A stretch of 61,409 nt of DNA, counting the filler, from Bacteriovoracaceae bacterium (GTDB lineage: Bacteria > Bdellovibrionota > Bacteriovoracia > Bacteriovoracales > Bacteriovoracaceae): assembly GCA_018649885.1 (NCBI GenBank). It is 6 parts of 6 records of this genome, joined end to end, with 100 filler letters (N's around TTAATTAATTAA, not from the genome) between each part and the next. Parts side by side here need not be neighbours in the genome. Positions count along the whole stretch, not along the records: positions 35,490 to 53,194 come from JABIHA010000110.1; positions 53,295 to 56,619 come from JABIHA010000048.1; positions 56,720 to 61,409 come from JABIHA010000064.1; 3 more parts are not named here. The stretch is one strand, 5' to 3'. Under the pieces are notes generated by a model, which saw only the letters and a program-made list of their open reading frames with translations, made no database searches and had not been told where the DNA came from. This document shows, in pieces, positions 51,023-60,854 of the stretch. Position numbers and translations under genes: made by a program. Positions within the stretch are counted from its first letter, which is position 1, and each line of letters starts with the position of its first letter.

Positions 51023-52123
51023 ATGAGGTATCAATTGAAACCATTAACACAAATGGGACTAACCCCCTATTTTCAAAAACAAATACAAGAACTCGACCGC
51101 CTTACACTGGCAGTTGGCAGAGTGGTGGGAGAGCAAAGAAATTATTACGAAATACGAACAAATGACGACATCATCCGCGCCACCTTGAGTGGAAAAATGA
51201 GAAATGAGGCCTGCGAGCAGTCACAACTTCCCTGTGTGGGGGATTTTGTCTTAGTTGACTATAATCCACTATACGCTTTGGGCAGCATTTCCCATCTACT
51301 GAAAAGGTTCAGCTCACTTAAGAGAAAGGTTGCAGGTGAGTACACAGCTGAGCAAGTGATTGCTTCAAATCTGGATACAGTGATGATAGTCAACTCACTA
51401 AACCGCGATCTCAATTTGAGAAGAATTGAAAGATATTTGGTTATGGCCTTTGACGGAATGATCAAACCTATTTTAGTTCTGACTAAAAAAGACCTTGTGT
51501 CTCCCGAGCAAGTGCATGAGTCGATTAAAAAGGTTCGTGAAATTGCTGCTGATGTGGATATCGTCATTACAAGTAGTGATGATTTGGACTCACTGAGCTC
51601 ACTCAATAATTACCTAGGACCTGGTCAGACCCTGGCATTAATAGGCTCATCAGGAGTGGGGAAATCAACCATTACTAACTTCCTTCTAGGAGAAAATATC
51701 CAAAGTACGGGAGATATTAGGTACACAGATGATAAAGGAAAGCACACAACCACAAGTAGAAAGCTTTTTGAATTGGCCGGTGGTGCCATGATTTTAGATA
51801 CTCCTGGCTTAAGAGAAATTCAACTATGGGAGGGAGATGGTGGAGTTGACACCACATTTGGAGATATTATCCATCTGCTTTCAGCTTGCAAATACCAAGA
51901 CTGTAATCACTTATCCAATGAGGGATGTGCTATTACCGAGGCAATCGATTCGGGAGAACTAGATCAAAAGAGATTCAAAAATTTTCAAAAGCTTAAACGA
52001 GAACAAGAGTACATGGAAAGGAAAATTTCTGGCAAAAATAAAAAAGGGAAAAAAGAAGAATGGAAAAAGCGCTCTAAAGAGTGCCGCGATCGTACAAAAT
52101 TTCTTCGCAAAAATGATCTCTAA
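51023..52123 (+). CDS. rsgA: Ribosome small subunit-dependent GTPase A
   Basis: VGDFV, TKKDL, GSSGVGKST, GKHTTT, DTPGLRE, C..QDCNH..NEGC Zn site. Confidence 0.95.
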   Translation: MRYQLKPLTQMGLTPYFQKQIQELDRLTLAVGRVVGEQRNYYEIRTNDDIIRATLSGKMRNEACEQSQLPCVGDFVLVDYNPLYALGSISHLLKRFSSLKRKVAGEYTAEQVIASNLDTVMIVNSLNRDLNLRRIERYLVMAFDGMIKPILVLTKKDLVSPEQVHESIKKVREIAADVDIVITSSDDLDSLSSLNNYLGPGQTLALIGSSGVGKSTITNFLLGENIQSTGDIRYTDDKGKHTTTSRKLFELAGGAMILDTPGLREIQLWEGDGGVDTTFGDIIHLLSACKYQDCNHLSNEGCAITEAIDSGELDQKRFKNFQKLKREQEYMERKISGKNKKGKKEEWKKRSKECRDRTKFLRKNDL

Positions 52124-52151
52124 AAAAGAAAAGCTGTGGTAAAATTTACGG

Positions 52152-52982
52152 ATGTCAGATACCACTATATTTAGAAAAGATCTTTTTAAGGGACGCGTTT
52201 ACCTGGTTACAGGAGGCGGCTCAGGCTTAGGGCGAGCAATCGCCACTGAGCTGAGCACTCTCGGCGCAAAAGTTTTTATCACAGGAAGAACTGAGAAAAA
52301 GCTAGAAGATTGCGTGCAGTCTCTCAACCAAAACGGGGGCGACGCCCACTACTATCCATGTGATATTAGAGACGAATCCAGTGTTAAAAAACTGGTTGAA
52401 GAAGTGCTGGCGAAGTTTAATCGCATAGATGGGTTGATTAACAACGCTGGTGGACAATTCCCCTGCCCTGCTGAGCATATTTCACTGGGTGGATGGAATG
52501 CCGTGATCAATAATAATTTGACTGGCACATTTTTGGTATCAAAAGAGGTGGTGAATCAATATTTCGCCAAATTTGGTGGATCTATTGTGAATATGCTCGC
52601 CGAAAATAGAAATGGAATGCCCATGATGGCACACTCTGGAGCGGCCCGTGCTGGAGTGGAAAACCTCACTAAGTCTACTTCAATTGAGTGGGCCAAATAC
52701 GGAGTTCGAGTCAATAGTATTTCCCCTGGAGTTATTAAAACTTCAGGACTTGATAGTTACCCCGAAGAGTTTAAAGCAGTACTAAAAACAATACCTCCAA
52801 AGATTCCCTTAAAAAGACTTGGAACATCTTCTGAGATTAGCTCCAGCGTTTTATTCTTACTATCTCCTGCTGCAAGCTATATCACGGGAGTAAATCTAAG
52901 AGTTGACGGAGGACTGTCTCTTTGTGGACATTTAATGGATTTACCTGAATACCCTGAGGCTGAGTCCTATAATATTGATTAA
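52152..52982 (+). CDS. SDR oxidoreductase (trans-2-enoyl-CoA / citronellol dehydrogenase-like)
   Basis: TGGGSGLG, NNAGGQF, HSGAARAGVENLTK, VDGG. Confidence 0.9.
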   Translation: MSDTTIFRKDLFKGRVYLVTGGGSGLGRAIATELSTLGAKVFITGRTEKKLEDCVQSLNQNGGDAHYYPCDIRDESSVKKLVEEVLAKFNRIDGLINNAGGQFPCPAEHISLGGWNAVINNNLTGTFLVSKEVVNQYFAKFGGSIVNMLAENRNGMPMMAHSGAARAGVENLTKSTSIEWAKYGVRVNSISPGVIKTSGLDSYPEEFKAVLKTIPPKIPLKRLGTSSEISSSVLFLLSPAASYITGVNLRVDGGLSLCGHLMDLPEYPEAESYNID

Positions 52983-53194
52983 GTGAAAAACTAGAATCCG
53001 ATCTTACATCCAAGAAATTAAATTTTGATCTAACTGGATACTTTGAAATAATGCCCAATGGACTAAAAGCCGTTCCGGCTTGGAGAATACCCCATAGTCC
53101 CAGTCAGTCAAGATGTTAATAAGTTCCCGTTATCACTCCTTTTTCACCATTCACCATTTCTCCCTGAAAATTTAGTCTTAACCAATTTTGTTCA

Positions 53195-53294
53195 NNNNNN
53201 NNNNNNNNNNNNNNNNNNNNNNNNNNNNNNNNNNNNNNTTAATTAATTAANNNNNNNNNNNNNNNNNNNNNNNNNNNNNNNNNNNNNNNNNNNN
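53195..53294. other. Artificial contig linker
   Basis: 44 N + TTAATTAATTAA + 44 N. Confidence 0.98.
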
Positions 53295-53499
53295 ATGCTA
53301 TTAAGCTTCGTGTCATATCAAAATGTGAGGTGGGTGACTTTTAGGCCGTTAAATGGCACTTACCCGGGTGACTATTGGACTGCTAAAACCAGCTGAGGCC
53401 TAAAACACCTGAGCTTTAGCTTAAAAATTGTCAAAGAACGAAAATTAAACTTACCTAGCGGAGCTCAGCCAGCATTGAACCTGGCTTCTTTAATGCCTT

Positions 53500-53935
53500 T
53501 AAAACCTATAATATTATTCACTGATAATTGTATCAGCAATATTTTCTGTAGCTGAAAACTTTTGAGACTCTATAGTGCCATTTGAAACCCCTGTATAATC
53601 AACTTCTTGATTATGGGGAATATAACTCGTACCATTTTCACATCTTATAAGTCCTCTTCGCTTTCATCAGCAGTATAATTCAAATTTGCTCTTCATCTGC
53701 AGAACATAGAGCAACTGCCCTTTGTCTCCATTTTGCAGCATTCAGACTCTACCCTGTGCGATACTTGTAACTTAGGTACATATTCGAGGCAAATTCACAG
53801 TCTAGTTCACCTGAAGCACCGCAATTAACACCACTTTCAGCGCCATTACAATCAACTCCGTCGCCAGCGTATAGAGTTGATTAAAAGGCGGTTGTGCAAA
53901 AAATTGCAGCCGTTAAACAAAAAGTATTTCCACAA
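53500..53935 (-). pseudogene. Possible decayed gene for a secreted protein
   Basis: GGAG RBS + GTG, signal-peptide-like fragments (LTAAIFCTTAF) broken by stops and frameshifts; no intact ORF. Confidence 0.3.
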
Positions 53936-54236
53936 CTTCTCTCCATTTAATTAGTGTAGTTAAAGATTACAAATAATTTGGAGAACAAAAAATTAAGAAA
54001 TTTGCTAAAAATTAAAATTGTTTGTTGATCACTACTTTCATACTTTGATTCAATATCAAAATAGAAAGGGAATCAGTAGTGTGGTTTCTTTTTTAAGGTC
54101 ATTGCTGCAAGTCGCGGAAAATCCCTTAATTTTTATAGCCTTTCTTCTTAACTACGTATCGAAAAAGTCTCATGGAACCTTTTACCTAGGAAGTTAAGCA
54201 GTAAGAGATAATAGCAGTGTGAAAGCTGGACAATAT

Positions 54237-54707
54237 TTAGTTTAAACTACAAGTTGTATCACTTGGTAAAGTTTTGGTGATACCCGAATAACTAGGTCTT
54301 CCAAAAGTGATTAACCTTTTATTGCCCTCACCGGCAGGGCCGCTCCCTGGATTGGCATAGCGATTATTTGTGGTAATGACAAAAGTTTTATTATGAATTT
54401 TTGCTTTCATTGCAATTTCTAAACAGTTTTTTATATAGCTATCGACAGTCATTCCACCACCAGACCCAATTTGCCAAAAATTTCTAAAAAGCCATCTAAC
54501 TTCACCGTGACCTGAAGCCTTTCCATAAATTTCGAGTTGTCTATAAAATCGACCATTTACTGGAATCATATTGTGGTTAGAAAAAGAAATACTACCAAGG
54601 CTTGTGAAAGTGTACTCTTCTTGAACTTCTCTCAATATCCAAGACTCTGAAGCAAGGGCCTGGCCAAATGGTATTAGAAGCACGGCAAAAACTAGAAAGG
54701 TTTTCAT
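54237..54707 (-). CDS. Hypothetical secreted protein
   Basis: GGAGG RBS; signal peptide MKTFLVFAVLLIPFGQALA. Confidence 0.8.
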   Translation of the reverse strand: MKTFLVFAVLLIPFGQALASESWILREVQEEYTFTSLGSISFSNHNMIPVNGRFYRQLEIYGKASGHGEVRWLFRNFWQIGSGGGMTVDSYIKNCLEIAMKAKIHNKTFVITTNNRYANPGSGPAGEGNKRLITFGRPSYSGITKTLPSDTTCSLN

Positions 54708-54964
54708 ATTTCCTCCAATCTTTTGAGTTAGTTACCATAAATAGAGGGGTTATAAATTTAATAGAAATAATTTCAAACACAAATAATAATTTTTTAACTT
54801 TTAAAATTGGATTACAAGAAAAGGTACCAAGTAAAAGTGCCATACTCTGTTTTTTGTACAACTGCGAAACCACAGGAGCTTGGCACTTTTTTACCTTTTT
54901 TGAAGCTTAGGGGAATGATTTTCGCTACTGTTTTGGGACGATATCCAAAATTGAGGATCAAGAT

Positions 54965-55150
54965 ATGAAATACCTATTCGTTGCTTTGTTGTTTGGATTA
55001 TTTACATTTAGTATAAATTGTTTTTCATCTGCTTCACTGGAGCAGATGGTTTGCTCTCGTGGGGATTACAAGACCTATATTATCTTGGACCGTGGTGAGC
55101 AAATGGATCTTTGTTTGGGATCTACCAGGTTGAAGCAGAAGAAATTATAA
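54965..55150 (+). CDS. Short or truncated secreted hypothetical protein
   Basis: GAGGA RBS and signal peptide, but only 61 aa. Confidence 0.45.
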   Translation: MKYLFVALLFGLFTFSINCFSSASLEQMVCSRGDYKTYIILDRGEQMDLCLGSTRLKQKKL

Positions 55151-55345
55151 AGTTGCTAGAAACAGACATTGGTCTTAGGTCAAGGCAGAACTAGCACCAC
55201 AACTTACGTCAACTAACTAGCGTCATTTTTCCTTCAGCTATTTAGAAATTCTTTTATGAAGGTATATGAAGGTCCACACCTTTGGGACTAAATGCGTTGA
55301 ACGCACTAAGTCCCAGGCGTATCTAGTTCATTGACTTTAATGTAA

Positions 55346-55981
55346 CTAAAGACGTCCCAAGGCCTGCGTGCAACTTTTAACTATTTTATCTTTATTATAG
55401 GCAAGCCTTTTGGCCATCAACTTCTTTTCTAACAAAAGTGTTTTTTGGTTTCCCATAGAGAGCTTTTTCTTTAGTGGAATTACTCCTTTGGAATTAGTAT
55501 TGAGACTAGTAACTTTTAAATCTATCGTTGCATGAAACCTTAAAAAACAAACAGCTTCATCTAGTCTTTCATTATAGTCCCATTCTCGATAGCTAAGTAC
55601 ACTGTAAATATCACCCTTCTTACTTAAATCTTCATGCTCAACTAAAAATTCACCATATCCATTAAGCGATCTAACTTTAAAAGGCTGAACTTCCCATAGC
55701 ACATTTCTAAACCCCATTAACTCAAAGGTGGGGGGGATAGTGGCCTTGAGGGATTCAATTTTAAATTTGATTTGGGTAATAGGAGCGATATTAATTTTTT
55801 GATCTTTAAAATAGGAGCGCAATGTTTTTCTAAGGTATTTTTTAAACTCACTTTTTTGTGTTGAATTCATTAAGTTACTCTCTTCAATACAACAACTCAA
55901 GACAGTAGGGTCCCCGTAAGACAGCTTCGGTCCTAGTAAGGTTAAAAATAGAAAGGTTTTCTTGATATTAAGTAATTTCAT
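55346..55981 (-). CDS. Hypothetical exported protein
   Basis: 211-aa ORF with GAGGA RBS. Confidence 0.75.
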   Translation of the reverse strand: MKLLNIKKTFLFLTLLGPKLSYGDPTVLSCCIEESNLMNSTQKSEFKKYLRKTLRSYFKDQKINIAPITQIKFKIESLKATIPPTFELMGFRNVLWEVQPFKVRSLNGYGEFLVEHEDLSKKGDIYSVLSYREWDYNERLDEAVCFLRFHATIDLKVTSLNTNSKGVIPLKKKLSMGNQKTLLLEKKLMAKRLAYNKDKIVKSCTQALGRL

Positions 55982-56212
55982 AATGTCCTCATTTCAAATA
56001 TTTCACCCTTAAAATAAGTAATATCTACTTTCTTTTAAGTAAAGGAAAGTGTCAAAATTTCTAAAGATAAGTGTTTTATGATTAGCAGCTCAAAAGAAAG
56101 ATCTATTAACAGAAAACGATAGGACACCACCTCTTTGTACAACCACCATACAGTGTTTACGGGGGCATTTAAGCATTCGAAGCATTCGTACGAGCATTCG
56201 TACGTGATACTT

Positions 56213-56359
56213 TTACTGAGCAGTAGGGTTTTCGGGAAAGACCTTACCAATTCGTGAGCTTCTAAATTCTATTCCTAGATAGAATCCAATTATACCACTG
56301 ACTATCGAGGCGATAATGATATAGGTGATTGTTTTGCTCCAATTCTCAGGTAGTTTCAT
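56213..56359 (-). CDS. Small single-TM protein, possibly a fragment
   Basis: MKLPENWSKTITYIIIASIVSGIIGFYLGIEF...; the upstream ORF extension is only repeat array. Confidence 0.45.
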   Translation of the reverse strand: MKLPENWSKTITYIIIASIVSGIIGFYLGIEFRSSRIGKVFPENPTAQ

Positions 56360-56410
56360 ATAAGTAAAGTATGAACCCTTTCCTTTAAGTTTGTCCATTA
56401 TGCTCCAAGG

Positions 56411-56539
56411 GAAAAAGGTGCCAGGGAAAAAGGAAAAAGGGGGAAAAGGAAAAAGAGGGGAAAAAGGTGCCGAAAAACGGAAAAAGGCGGAAAAAGGTGC
56501 CACGGAAAAAGGTGCCAGGGTCAGTACGGGATGCGTTGC
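56411..56539 (+). repeat. Second array of 10 truncated prefixes of the RAYT left end
   Basis: Units of 15,7,10,6,11,12,8,10,15,35 nt, all starting GAAAA; order differs from the 34520 array. Confidence 0.9.
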
Positions 56540-56619
56540 GAAAAAGGTGCCAGGGTCAGTACGGGATGCGTTGCAATTCTGATTTTATTTTAGTCAGGCC
56601 TAACTATGAAAAGGACAAT
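56540..56619 (+). mobile_element. Left end of a second RAYT element copy, cut by the contig end
   Basis: 80/80 nt identical to 34640-34719, with a different upstream flank. Confidence 0.88.
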
Positions 56620-56719
56620 NNNNNNNNNNNNNNNNNNNNNNNNNNNNNNNNNNNNNNNNNNNNTTAATTAATTAANNNNNNNNNNNNNNNNNNNNNNNNN
56701 NNNNNNNNNNNNNNNNNNN
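56620..56719. other. Artificial contig linker
   Basis: 44 N + TTAATTAATTAA + 44 N. Confidence 0.98.
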
Positions 56720-57089
56720 CGACTCGGAGATTGATGTTTTAGAGTATCAGGAAGCGATAAGTGATAGCCGGGAAAAATTGCGAAGAAAAGCATGGCTCAG
56801 AGATGGGGATCTACTGAAGTATCGTCTTGGAGTAAAGCGAGCTATGGATCCCAAGGTAATCATGGGATCTCTCATGATGGATGCATACGGTAGATATATG
56901 GAGTCAAAAGGTACAGGAATATCTCAGAAATGGTGTGAAATAGCTATAAAGATAGCTTCAACGCTTATTGATGAGAAAGACGCGGATAATTTTATGGAAG
57001 ATATTACTCTGGCATTAGAATTAACACAGCCTGAATTCAAGGCGTTCTCCGATGCTTCAGGTTTAAATAAACAGCCATCTGAAAAATAA
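56720..57089 (+). CDS. Hypothetical protein, 5' truncated
   Basis: Frame is open from the contig start to the stop at 57089. Confidence 0.65.
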
Positions 57090-57130
57090 TGAAATAGGTT
57101 CGTTCTAGAAATTTACATAGGTGGGAAAGA

Positions 57131-57616
57131 ATGAGAAAAAAGACAAAACCGTTAAAAAAGAATAATAATACCTCTCGCAAGCAGATAACTGCATGCAGGG
57201 AGAATAGCAAAAAGTCAACGGGGCCTAGAGATATGTCGGCCACCAGGCTGAACGCAACGAAGCATGGTATGGTATCGGTGCTAATCAAAAATGAAAACAA
57301 GCCTGAATTCGAATCGTTGTACACCAGTTTACATGAGGATCTGCAGCCTTATGGAAGTCTTGAGGAAGAGCTGTTCAATGATGTTGTATTCGGTTTTTGG
57401 CGGTTGCGCAGAGGCCGCTTGGCAGAAGTAGCAATGATCCGAGAACAACCAATGAGTATGCATTCTCAGGATGGAGAGATTGTGTTCGAGGACTACTCAA
57501 TCCAGACGATCTTGAAATATGAAAATTCAGCAAGAAGGCAGGTGTCTAAAATGTTAGGACTTTTTTACGAAACGCAGGCATTAAGGCTAAATAAAGAAGA
57601 TGCATCTGGGACATAA
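57131..57616 (+). CDS. Hypothetical protein with an N..KSTGPR...NAxKHG motif, often found in mobile regions
   Basis: KQITACRENSKKSTGPR...RLNATKHG; ..EEEL...WRLRR. Confidence 0.75.
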   Translation: MRKKTKPLKKNNNTSRKQITACRENSKKSTGPRDMSATRLNATKHGMVSVLIKNENKPEFESLYTSLHEDLQPYGSLEEELFNDVVFGFWRLRRGRLAEVAMIREQPMSMHSQDGEIVFEDYSIQTILKYENSARRQVSKMLGLFYETQALRLNKEDASGT

Positions 57617-58296
57617 GCTACGCATCTTACTTCCATAAAAAAAAGAGTACTAGGATTGTTGGTGAGATAAGACTAATGGAGTTACATAATACGTCGTGAA
57701 GGTGCTGGAGTCATATCATATTTCTTCAGTACTAACAAAATCCCAATCAACTAACATTCTATTAATGCTATACTTATGACTTGTTGTTTTCTGAGTATAT
57801 AAACCAATAAGATTGTATGGAGAAACTGGCATATTTATTGCGATTTTATTCAAACGGAAAAAGGGTTTTTTGAGTAATAAAATTTCTGTTTCTGTCGATA
57901 ATAAAGGTAGAATAAAAGGTAGAGAAAAGTTGCTTAAATCATGGTTCTTTATTAATTAAACTATTTTAGAATCATTGCAGATAAGCGACCTTCTCTATCG
58001 ACAGATAAATTTCAAAGAAGGCTTTTGCAGTCTCGTGTAACGTATTGCTACACAACCTAAAACACATATCACTATTTAAATAAATCTGTAGGTTGAAGCT
58101 AATACGCGACTTTGCAAGAACCTTTTTTATTTGTAAATTGAATTTGTACGATTCGAGCTGAAGGTTGAAACATCAGAACACACAGATATTACTGATGAAA
58201 TGTGGTTTGTGGTGAGCTGAATAAAAGAAACATAAATTAAATGTCGTTTTAGAACGTCAGTGCAATAGAGGCTAGATAAAGCACCTTGTTAGGAAA

Positions 58297-58719
58297 TTAT
58301 ATGGGAATCTCTGTAGCCTTACCCCCAGAAAGTAAATAGATTTGGACACTAGCGTTATTTTTAATTTGTTTTAAATTCGCCTTCCACTCACCAAAAGCAT
58401 TTGGTTCCAAACTATCAGTAAAACAAACAGCAACATGTGTTTCTTGAAAACATATACCCTGCATATGTTGAACAATCTTATCCAGTGCATGCTTAAAATC
58501 AAGATGTCCTCTTCCCTTTGCATTTGATTTAGAGCTTAGCGATAAGAAAAAAGCCTTATCGCAACATTTATCACAGGGCTTTCCTGGATAACAGTTTATA
58601 TTTCGATCAATAATGTTTCCAATTATCTCAGGTATTTCATCAACACGAATACCTCCTTCTCGTTTCTTCTCTTCCAGCCTTCTTGATATTTCTTCAGCAA
58701 TTTCTTGATATTCACTCAT
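58297..58719 (-). CDS. Hypothetical protein
   Basis: 140-aa ORF with AAGGAG RBS; CDKCC cluster. Confidence 0.75.
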   Translation of the reverse strand: MSEYQEIAEEISRRLEEKKREGGIRVDEIPEIIGNIIDRNINCYPGKPCDKCCDKAFFLSLSSKSNAKGRGHLDFKHALDKIVQHMQGICFQETHVAVCFTDSLEPNAFGEWKANLKQIKNNASVQIYLLSGGKATEIPI

Positions 58720-58846
58720 AAGTAATCTCCTTTCTTGTTACTTAAAGACCAAACACACTAATTCCGCTAAGAAGTGCAGCAGAAAATGGAGCATCTTGCT
58801 TGGCAACAGACAAACCATATTCAGCTGCAAATCATTGCTAGCAACT

Positions 58847-59866
58847 TTAATACAGTGATGTTAAAGTTGGTACTTCACAAATACCAAGTTTGTTTTTTGT
58901 GTCTGGTCTTAATTTATTTAAGTTTTCATAAATCCAATCAGCCAGACCATAGCCATCAATAACTGTAATTGATAATGAGTCTGCTTTATCTCTTAAAGCT
59001 TTTGTAACCTCTGCAGAAGTTACAAAAATTAATACATGGTCAGAATAATCTTTTAGAGACAATTTCCTTATTTCTTCTAATTGTTTGAGTCCCCAATCTC
59101 CACTAGTTCCTTGATGATGCTTTACCTGTACCAATAGCTTTATAGAAGAGCATCTATCCTCCCTTGAAGCCTTCACATCTGCATCAGCAAAGCTACTAAA
59201 GGCTCTTTTGTCCAAAACACCTGCATCATAACCTTCAATGTCTAACAATTCTTTTACAAGATATTCAAGTCCAATCCCTCCAGATCGAAGGTAAGTTTGC
59301 CCACTTTGTATATTTTCAAACAATTCTTTTTTAAAATCTTCTTCCTTTTTAATGAACATATTTTGAATGGTGTTATTCCAAGAGAATCTTTTTCCTTCAT
59401 TTTTGCTTGTGATGATAGTATCTATTTGATTCTTGAATTCAGAAATATCATTGACGGTGATTCCTGGAACTTTTAGCCGACGTTGAAGTGCCTCAGTTAA
59501 GTCAATTCTGTTAATTGTTATTACTTTTCCATCTTCAAAATCAAATGTCACATGTCGTTGGTTTGCCCTATCTTTGGAATAATAATTTTTATCATAAAAC
59601 AATCCTTCTTCTGCCTCTCCAATAACCACACACAATGGCAAAGGAACTATTATTATGTCGCCTTTTGCAATGCCTATAAATCTTCTTATTTGATTTCCAG
59701 CTCTTCCAATTCCACAACCTTTGTCAATATCCTTAATGAGTTTTTCAGTATCACTATAATCTGAAAATTTAAAATCTCTCCACCCAATTCCGACAATTGA
59801 TTTCTCTACTAAATCTTTTTCAGTACGTACAAGATAATATTTCCTATCGTTACTTTCTGCAGGCAT
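58847..59866 (-). CDS. Mrr-like (type IV) restriction endonuclease
   Basis: C-terminal LEYLVKELL..EGY, ADV..., LLVQVKHH (QxK), IFVTS, VIDG..LADWI; N-terminal VGIGW...GDIIIVP domain. Confidence 0.85.
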   Translation of the reverse strand: MPAESNDRKYYLVRTEKDLVEKSIVGIGWRDFKFSDYSDTEKLIKDIDKGCGIGRAGNQIRRFIGIAKGDIIIVPLPLCVVIGEAEEGLFYDKNYYSKDRANQRHVTFDFEDGKVITINRIDLTEALQRRLKVPGITVNDISEFKNQIDTIITSKNEGKRFSWNNTIQNMFIKKEEDFKKELFENIQSGQTYLRSGGIGLEYLVKELLDIEGYDAGVLDKRAFSSFADADVKASREDRCSSIKLLVQVKHHQGTSGDWGLKQLEEIRKLSLKDYSDHVLIFVTSAEVTKALRDKADSLSITVIDGYGLADWIYENLNKLRPDTKNKLGICEVPTLTSLY

Positions 59867-60022
59867 AGTTCATCTCCTTGTTACTAACAACTTATTATAG
59901 ATTTTACGAATAGTGCCACTACTATAATGATATTCAGAACATAAATGATAGCTCGCCACTAATTATAAAATCGATAATAGAGGCCCAAATTATTAAAGTC
60001 AATAAAAAGATGGATGATTAGT

Positions 60023-60412
60023 TTAAATGTGATGCCTCTTGTTTCTTATGGACATATTTAAATATTCAATTTTTTCATTTGCACCCTGCTGCCTAGTCTT
60101 GTAATCATCTCTCACCAACCAACCTCCAGTAACCTTCATCCTGCAGTTCATCCTAGACTCACTTGAGCCTCGTCGTTCACCAATCAAATCCCACTTAACA
60201 TTCTCGGTATTCCATACTCCTTCTTTATCTGGAAAGTATGCAGCGCAGTTAGCAGATTTCCATTTTTCGCCAAAATACTTATAGCTTACCAACCAGCCTT
60301 CAGATACCCTGATTCTGTATGTGCCTTTTTTAGGCCCAAAAACAGCTCTTGCTCCCCCTACAGGCTCATAATCTATGTGTTCCCATATTGGCTTACTTTT
60401 TTCACTCATCAC
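60023..60412 (-). CDS. Hypothetical protein with duplicated R-x-(R/K)-V-x-x-G-W-L-V motif
   Basis: RIRVSEGWLV and RMKVTGGWLV; GGAGG RBS. Confidence 0.7.
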   Translation of the reverse strand: MMSEKSKPIWEHIDYEPVGGARAVFGPKKGTYRIRVSEGWLVSYKYFGEKWKSANCAAYFPDKEGVWNTENVKWDLIGERRGSSESRMNCRMKVTGGWLVRDDYKTRQQGANEKIEYLNMSIRNKRHHI

Positions 60413-60424
60413 TAACCTCCTTTT

Positions 60425-60778
60425 TTAAAGCTTTTCTGAATAAACAGCATTTAATTTTGAAACCAATTCTAGATTGTGAAGAATCCATTTAACCGCATTC
60501 TTTTGCTTTATGTCCACTTGTAGGACTAAATCCATCGATGGTATTTCTAAGCCCTTGATATCGTCAACAAAAATACAGATACTTGTGTCCATTCTTTCAT
60601 TAAGATCACAATCTGAGTTAACTTCATTGATGTATGACAAATATTGAGAGTACTTTTCATTTTCAATAATTAAATCCCTGTCAATTACATGAGCAATATT
60701 TGGAGAGGCTATTAGATCTGGATGTTTAGGATTTCCACATTGGAGTTTTTTAGTATTTATTGTTTGGTTACTCATCAT
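60425..60778 (-). CDS. Hypothetical protein
   Basis: 117-aa ORF co-oriented with its neighbours. Confidence 0.6.
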   Translation of the reverse strand: MMSNQTINTKKLQCGNPKHPDLIASPNIAHVIDRDLIIENEKYSQYLSYINEVNSDCDLNERMDTSICIFVDDIKGLEIPSMDLVLQVDIKQKNAVKWILHNLELVSKLNAVYSEKL

Positions 60779-60854
60779 TTAAATAGTTTTATAGTTACAT
60801 GTGCCGTCTGTCCATAACAGCAAAAGTTTAGTCCACGTCTAGTTGAATAGTATT

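Noticed and set aside
56391..56667. Lys/Gly-rich ORFs here and at 34543-34764
   Set aside because: Translations of the stop-free repeat arrays, with no RBS or protein features.
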